Origin: an uncultured Spirochaetota bacterium
GTDB lineage: Bacteria; Spirochaetota; B62-G9; DRHN01
DNA: 51,194 nucleotides
Direction of reading: 5' to 3'
Assembly (NCBI GenBank): GCA_964460545.1
Contig: CAYWUT010000007.1
Span: forward strand, 1-51,194
Both the position numbers and the translations under genes were made by a program. The notes below the pieces were generated by a model. It was not told the origin of the DNA and did no database searches. It saw only the letters and a program-made list of their open reading frames with translations. Below, piece after piece: positions 46,427-51,194 of this stretch. The first letter of the stretch is position 1; every line of letters starts with the position of its first letter.

Positions 46427-46453
46427 AAGAGTCGCTGTGCCGACTCTTTTTTT
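46427..46453 (+). promoter_or_regulatory. rimP leader hairpin / attenuator-like structure
   Basis: AAGAGTCG-CTGTGC-CGACTCTT followed by a U-run, between the promoter and the rimP ATG. Confidence 0.7.
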
Positions 46454-46466
46454 ATTGTACGGACCA

Positions 46467-46925
46467 ATGGACAGGAACGATGAAATACTGTGGGCGGAAC
46501 TGACAAAGATCACGGATCCGCTTGGTGTAATTATCGTCGAGATCTCGGTCGGGAAGGGAAAGAACGGTCTCAATATCAGAATTATAGTCGACAAGGAGGG
46601 GGGAATACAGATCGGCGATCTGGAACATATAACCCGTCTCTTGAACGACAGGCTTTCAGTGCTCGAAATATTGGATGAAAATGATTATTCGCTTCAGGTT
46701 TCCTCCCCCGGTATATATCGTGAGTTCAAAAGCAAAGAGGAATACGGTCTCTTTAAATCCCGAAAAGTGAAGGTCATACTGAGAGAACCGCTGGATAACA
46801 TGCGGGACTCTGTCGTGACGGGTATACTGAGAGGGATGGAAGATGATGACGTTACAATTGAAACCGGAGGAAGAACCGTGAGCATACCCTTTGACAAAAT
46901 CGTTAAAACGAAGCTCGACGGATAG
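46467..46925 (+). CDS. rimP: Ribosome maturation factor RimP
   Basis: IRIIVDKEGGIQIGD, YSLQVSSPGIYR; position before nusA. Confidence 0.92.
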   Translation: MDRNDEILWAELTKITDPLGVIIVEISVGKGKNGLNIRIIVDKEGGIQIGDLEHITRLLNDRLSVLEILDENDYSLQVSSPGIYREFKSKEEYGLFKSRKVKVILREPLDNMRDSVVTGILRGMEDDDVTIETGGRTVSIPFDKIVKTKLDG

Positions 46926-46935
46926 GGAGGAGGGG

Positions 46936-48417
46936 ATGACGAACGAGTTAAGTGAGGCGGTAAAACAGCTCGTTGCCGATAAAGGTATTTCCGAGGAACT
47001 GATCCTCAAAACCATCGAGATGGCTCTTCTTGCCGCGTATAAGAAGAAATTCGGAACAACCGCAAACGCGGAAACCTACATAGACGAAGAAAACGACATC
47101 GTCAAGATATACTCAAAAAAGGGAATCGTGGAAGCGGTTGAAAACCCTGTCTTCGAGATTTCGCTGGGTGAAGCCCAGAAGCTCCATTCCGGTGCCGAGA
47201 TGGGAGACGAGCTTCTCATCGAACTGAAACCCGAGGATTTCGGGAGAATCGCGGCGCAAACCGCAAAGCAGGTGGTAAGGCAGAGGCTCAAGGAGATCGA
47301 AAAGGACGTCGTCTACAACGAGTTCAAGCAGCGCGAAGGAGAGATGATCGTCGGTTACTATCAGAGGGAGCGTAACGGCACGATTTACGTCAATCTCGGA
47401 CGGACGGAAGGTATCATGCCGAGAAGCCAGCAGTCTCCCCGCGAACATTACGCGGTAGGAGACAGAATCAAGGCGCTCCTGCTCGAGGTGAGAAAGGGTC
47501 CCAAGGGCCCGCAGATCATTCTTTCGAGAAGTCATCCGAGCTTCGTGAAGAAAACGTTCGAGCTTGAAATTCCGGAGCTTGCGGACGGCACCATCGCGAT
47601 TAAGAATATTGTGCGTGATCCGGGATACCGGACAAAAGTGGCGGTTTATTCTCCGCGCGACGAGATCGACCCTGTCGGTGCATGCGTTGGTATGAAGGGT
47701 ATAAGGATACAGGCGATCGTCGGGGAGCTGGAAGGCGAGAAGATAGACATCGTCAAGTGGGACCAGGACTTGAGGCGCTACATCGAGAACTCGATGAATC
47801 CCGTCAAGATCAGCAAGATCATCATCACCGATGAGGAGAGCAATGAAGCTCTCGTTGTGGTACACGATTCTCAGCTCTCAATAGCGATCGGCAGGCAGGG
47901 ACAGAACATTCGTCTGGTATCAAAGCTTGTGGGAATGAAGCTCGATGTCATGCCGGAGAGTGAATTCGAGACCTCGGAATATGCGGATTACGTGCGCAAG
48001 GCGGCGAACGAACTTTTCGGCGGGGAAGAAGAGGAAGCCGAGGTCGTCACCCTGAGCGATATACCGGGAATAGACGACGAGACGCTGGAAGTCCTGCAGG
48101 GTGCAGGCCTGAATAATATTGAGGATATCATAGACAAGGATGAGAAGGAGCTTGCCTCCATAGAGGGTATGACTCCGGAACTGACGAAAAAACTGCTCAG
48201 TACGCTCTCGGAAAATGTTGAGGTCGTGGAAGAGGAGTTTGTTAAAAAGGAGGCGGCGGCTGGAGAAGAGGAAGGCGCCGTTGATGAGGAGGTCTATGAG
48301 TGCCCGAACTGCGGAGCAAGGATCACGGAGGATATGGACAAGTGCGAGAGCTGCGGTGTGGAGCTCGTCTTCAAGGAAGAGGAAGAAGAAATAGATGATG
48401 ATGGTGAAGAAGAGTAG
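46936..48417 (+). CDS. nusA: Transcription termination/antitermination factor NusA with C-terminal HhH-like domain, zinc ribbon and acidic tail
   Basis: FGRIAAQTAKQV, LSRSHP, RDPGYRTKVAV, DPVGACVGMKG.R, AIGRQGQNIRL; C-terminal CPNC...CESC. Confidence 0.97.
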   Translation: MTNELSEAVKQLVADKGISEELILKTIEMALLAAYKKKFGTTANAETYIDEENDIVKIYSKKGIVEAVENPVFEISLGEAQKLHSGAEMGDELLIELKPEDFGRIAAQTAKQVVRQRLKEIEKDVVYNEFKQREGEMIVGYYQRERNGTIYVNLGRTEGIMPRSQQSPREHYAVGDRIKALLLEVRKGPKGPQIILSRSHPSFVKKTFELEIPELADGTIAIKNIVRDPGYRTKVAVYSPRDEIDPVGACVGMKGIRIQAIVGELEGEKIDIVKWDQDLRRYIENSMNPVKISKIIITDEESNEALVVVHDSQLSIAIGRQGQNIRLVSKLVGMKLDVMPESEFETSEYADYVRKAANELFGGEEEEAEVVTLSDIPGIDDETLEVLQGAGLNNIEDIIDKDEKELASIEGMTPELTKKLLSTLSENVEVVEEEFVKKEAAAGEEEGAVDEEVYECPNCGARITEDMDKCESCGVELVFKEEEEEIDDDGEEE

Positions 48418-48481
48418 TATAGTAATAGGGACGATTCAAAGCTTTGATTAAAGCTCATTGGTCTTGATAAAGAGGGGCGGC

Positions 48482-50803
48482 ATGAAGGTTCATGAACTGG
48501 CGAAGAGCAGGGAGCTCACTACAAAGGAAGTACTTGCGATACTGAACTCCCTGAATATCAAGAACAAGAAATCCGCTAGTAAACTCGAAAAAGAAGAGCT
48601 CGCTCAGTTTGAGCGTTACATAGAGGAAAACGTGGAGAAGAAGCCCGAAGTCGCTCTCATTAAGAAGAAGGAAAAGGAAGAACACGAAGAGCATAAAAAA
48701 ATCATTATAAAGAAGAAAAAAGTCGTTATCGTCAAGAAGCTGCACAAGCCTGAAGCCAAGAAGGAAGCGGCACCCAAAGAAAAACCGGTTATAAAGGAAA
48801 AGAAGGAGAAGAAACCCGCTCCGGCGAAAGCCCAGAGACAGCCTCCCGAGGACAAGAAATCACATTATAAACTGAAGGACAAGCCTGAGAAGAAGAAGGA
48901 AAAAGAGAAAGAAACCGGTAAGAAGTTTGTTAAAAAGAAATACCCGCACAGAAGACGGTGGCAGCATGAGGAAGAGGAGGATCATCTCGACAAACTTGTC
49001 TCCCACAAGAAGAAAACGTCGGCTGTTGCAGTCAGTGCCATTCCCAAGGAAATAGAGGTCCTTGAAACCATATCGGTCGGTGATCTTGCCAAGAAGATGA
49101 ACCTCAAGGCGAGCGACCTGATTTCGAAGCTCATATCGCTCGGCGTCATGGCGAGAATAAACGATATGCTCGACGCCGAGACGGCCACGCTCGTGGCCGA
49201 GGAATACGGCTGCCATACCAAGGTTATTTCCCTTTACGAGGAAACCGTCATAGAAGAGGAAGAGGACCAGCCGGAGGACATGCAGCCGAGGCCCCCCGTT
49301 GTTACGGTCATGGGGCACGTCGACCACGGGAAAACCAAACTGCTCGACGCCATAAGGAACACCGATGTCGTTCAAACGGAATCCGGTGGGATTACGCAGC
49401 ACATCGGGGCCTATAAGGTCCGCATCAAGGACAAGTCCATCGTGTTTCTCGACACCCCCGGCCATGAAGCGTTTACCGAGATGCGTGCCAGGGGAGCGAA
49501 GGTAACCGATATTGTCGTGCTCGTGGTCGCGGCGGATGACGGCGTGATGCCGCAAACGGTGGAAGCAATCGACCACGCACGTGAAGCGGGAGTACCTATA
49601 GTGGTGGCAATCAACAAGATCGACCTGAAAGGCGCGAATCCCGATAAGGTGAAGAGCGAGCTGTCCGAGCATAATGTTTTGTCGGAGGAATGGGGCGGGG
49701 ACGCTCTCATGGTAAACGTATCGGCCCTCAAGAAGGAGGGTATTGACGAGCTGCTCGAAACCATACTTCTGCAGGCGGAAATGCTCGAGTTGAAAGCGAA
49801 TCCCGATATACGCGCCCAGGGAACGGTCATCGAATCGAAGATCGATACCGGGAGGGGTATCGTTGCCACCGTGCTCATAACGAAGGGCAAGCTTCAGCTC
49901 CAGGATCCCTTTGTCGCCGGGATCTATTCGGGGAAAGTAAGGACCATGTTCGACGATAACGGAAGCATCGTCGGAGTCGCCATGCCATCGGACCCCGTTG
50001 AGGTAGTCGGATTCGGGGGACTTCCGGTGGCCGGAGACCCGTTCCAGGTGACGGACAGCGAAAAGTATGCGAAACAGATAGGCCAGAAGAGACAGGAGCT
50101 CAAGCGGTTTGAACAGTCAAAGAACGTCAAGAAGGTGACGCTGGAAAACCTTTACGACCAGATAAAGGATGGTGAAACCCTCGAGCTCAAGGTAATAATC
50201 AAGGCCGACGTACAGGGCTCGGTGGAGGCATTGAAGGATTCACTCGAGAAGCTGTCCACGCCCCAGATAAGACTCAACTGCATTCACGCCGGAGTCGGCG
50301 CCGTTAACAAACCCGATATTATACTGGCGTCCGCGTCGAACGCGATCATCATAAGTTTCCGTGTACGCCCCAATGCTATGGCTGCGGAGCTCGCGAAAGA
50401 GGAGCGGGTTGATATCCGCAAGTACAGCATTATCTACGATGCGATCGAAGACGTACGATCCGCGATGGAAGGCCTCCTCGCTCCCGAGCTGCAGGAGGAA
50501 ATCATCGGCGCGGCCGAGGTACGAAAGGTCATCAGGGTACCCAAGGTCGGAAACATAGCCGGTTCGTATATTGTCAATGGAAAAATAATGAGGTCCTCGA
50601 ATGTACGTCTCGTCCGGGACGGCATAGAGATATACACGGGCAGGATTTCCAGCCTCAGGCGTTTCAAGGACGACGAGAAGGAGGTAGCAGCAGGGTTCGA
50701 GTGCGGAATCAAGATCGATAATTATGATGATGTGAAGGAAGGAGACACGATCGAGGCTTTCGTGATACATGAGATCGCACAGAAACTCAATGCAAATGCG
50801 TAA
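48482..50803 (+). CDS. infB: Translation initiation factor IF-2
   Basis: RPPVVTVMGHVDHGKT, GGITQHIGAY, DTPGHEAF, NKID, KADVQGSVEA, GFECG. Confidence 0.98.
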   Translation: MKVHELAKSRELTTKEVLAILNSLNIKNKKSASKLEKEELAQFERYIEENVEKKPEVALIKKKEKEEHEEHKKIIIKKKKVVIVKKLHKPEAKKEAAPKEKPVIKEKKEKKPAPAKAQRQPPEDKKSHYKLKDKPEKKKEKEKETGKKFVKKKYPHRRRWQHEEEEDHLDKLVSHKKKTSAVAVSAIPKEIEVLETISVGDLAKKMNLKASDLISKLISLGVMARINDMLDAETATLVAEEYGCHTKVISLYEETVIEEEEDQPEDMQPRPPVVTVMGHVDHGKTKLLDAIRNTDVVQTESGGITQHIGAYKVRIKDKSIVFLDTPGHEAFTEMRARGAKVTDIVVLVVAADDGVMPQTVEAIDHAREAGVPIVVAINKIDLKGANPDKVKSELSEHNVLSEEWGGDALMVNVSALKKEGIDELLETILLQAEMLELKANPDIRAQGTVIESKIDTGRGIVATVLITKGKLQLQDPFVAGIYSGKVRTMFDDNGSIVGVAMPSDPVEVVGFGGLPVAGDPFQVTDSEKYAKQIGQKRQELKRFEQSKNVKKVTLENLYDQIKDGETLELKVIIKADVQGSVEALKDSLEKLSTPQIRLNCIHAGVGAVNKPDIILASASNAIIISFRVRPNAMAAELAKEERVDIRKYSIIYDAIEDVRSAMEGLLAPELQEEIIGAAEVRKVIRVPKVGNIAGSYIVNGKIMRSSNVRLVRDGIEIYTGRISSLRRFKDDEKEVAAGFECGIKIDNYDDVKEGDTIEAFVIHEIAQKLNANA

Positions 50804-50811
50804 AAAGTTCG

Positions 50812-51171
50812 ATGGATATACGTACAAGAAGGATCGAAGAACTCATAAAGATAAAGCTCTCGTCTCTCCTTCTAACTGAACTCAAAGACCCGCGCCTTCA
50901 AACCTTTATCACCATCCTCAACATCCGTCTTTCCAGGGACGGCAGGTTCGCACTGGTCGTTGTATCAGTTATCGGATCGGAAAAAGAGAAAAAAAACGCC
51001 CTGAAAGGGCTGGAAAGTGCGAGCGGTTATATACAGAAACGGCTGAGTAAGGAGATGCGAATCAGGTATATACCGAAACTCAGATTCAAGCTCGACGATT
51101 CGACGGAAGAGAGGGTGAAGCTCGTACACAGGCTGAGCAGCCTGTCGAGAGAGAACGAAAAGGATTCCTGA
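50812..51171 (+). CDS. rbfA: Ribosome-binding factor A
   Basis: RTRRIEELIK, KDPR, LESASGYI, RIRYIPKLRF.LDDS; follows infB. Confidence 0.95.
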   Translation: MDIRTRRIEELIKIKLSSLLLTELKDPRLQTFITILNIRLSRDGRFALVVVSVIGSEKEKKNALKGLESASGYIQKRLSKEMRIRYIPKLRFKLDDSTEERVKLVHRLSSLSRENEKDS

Positions 51172-51194
51172 TTGAGAAATAAGGGATCCCGTCC

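Overview
Bacterial chromosomal window, about 48 protein genes and one tRNA, with no integrase, transposase, phage gene or CRISPR array seen. A Spirochaetota-like anaerobe is a guess, based on NusA and IF2 features. In order: nitroreductase; a minus-strand run of nqrB/C/D/E/F-like (rnfD/G/E/A-like) genes with no nqrA/rnfC or rnfB, followed by a hypothetical protein, a rubredoxin missed by the ORF track and a ferritin-like diiron protein; gnd-zwf-pgl; tRNA-Arg(CCT). An accessory stretch follows: beta-barrel OMP, APS reductase + DUF2061, MBL-fold/dual cNMP protein, PadR + methyltransferase with twin palindromic operators, a beta-propeller gene with an apparent premature TAA, a 5-PAS hybrid kinase, a 4x46-aa repeat protein and an orphan RND permease. 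Then come a Moco operon headed by a sensor-less ModE with a perfect ModE-type palindrome, an M16 peptidase pair, URO-D-like / gluconokinase / LarA-family / metallophosphoesterase genes, azlCD and comF. A three-gene envelope cluster encodes a degenerate FHA + FG-GAP propeller, an FN3 + beta-helix protein and a Cache-like + catalytically dead PP2C protein. The window ends with rimP-nusA-infB-rbfA. Best candidates for an undescribed system: (1) the NqrA/RnfC-less Nqr-Rnf hybrid with its downstream partners and (2) the pseudo-FHA / pseudo-phosphatase envelope cluster. All calls come from motif recognition by eye; no database search was run. Many start codons were moved from the ORF track to the RBS-supported start.
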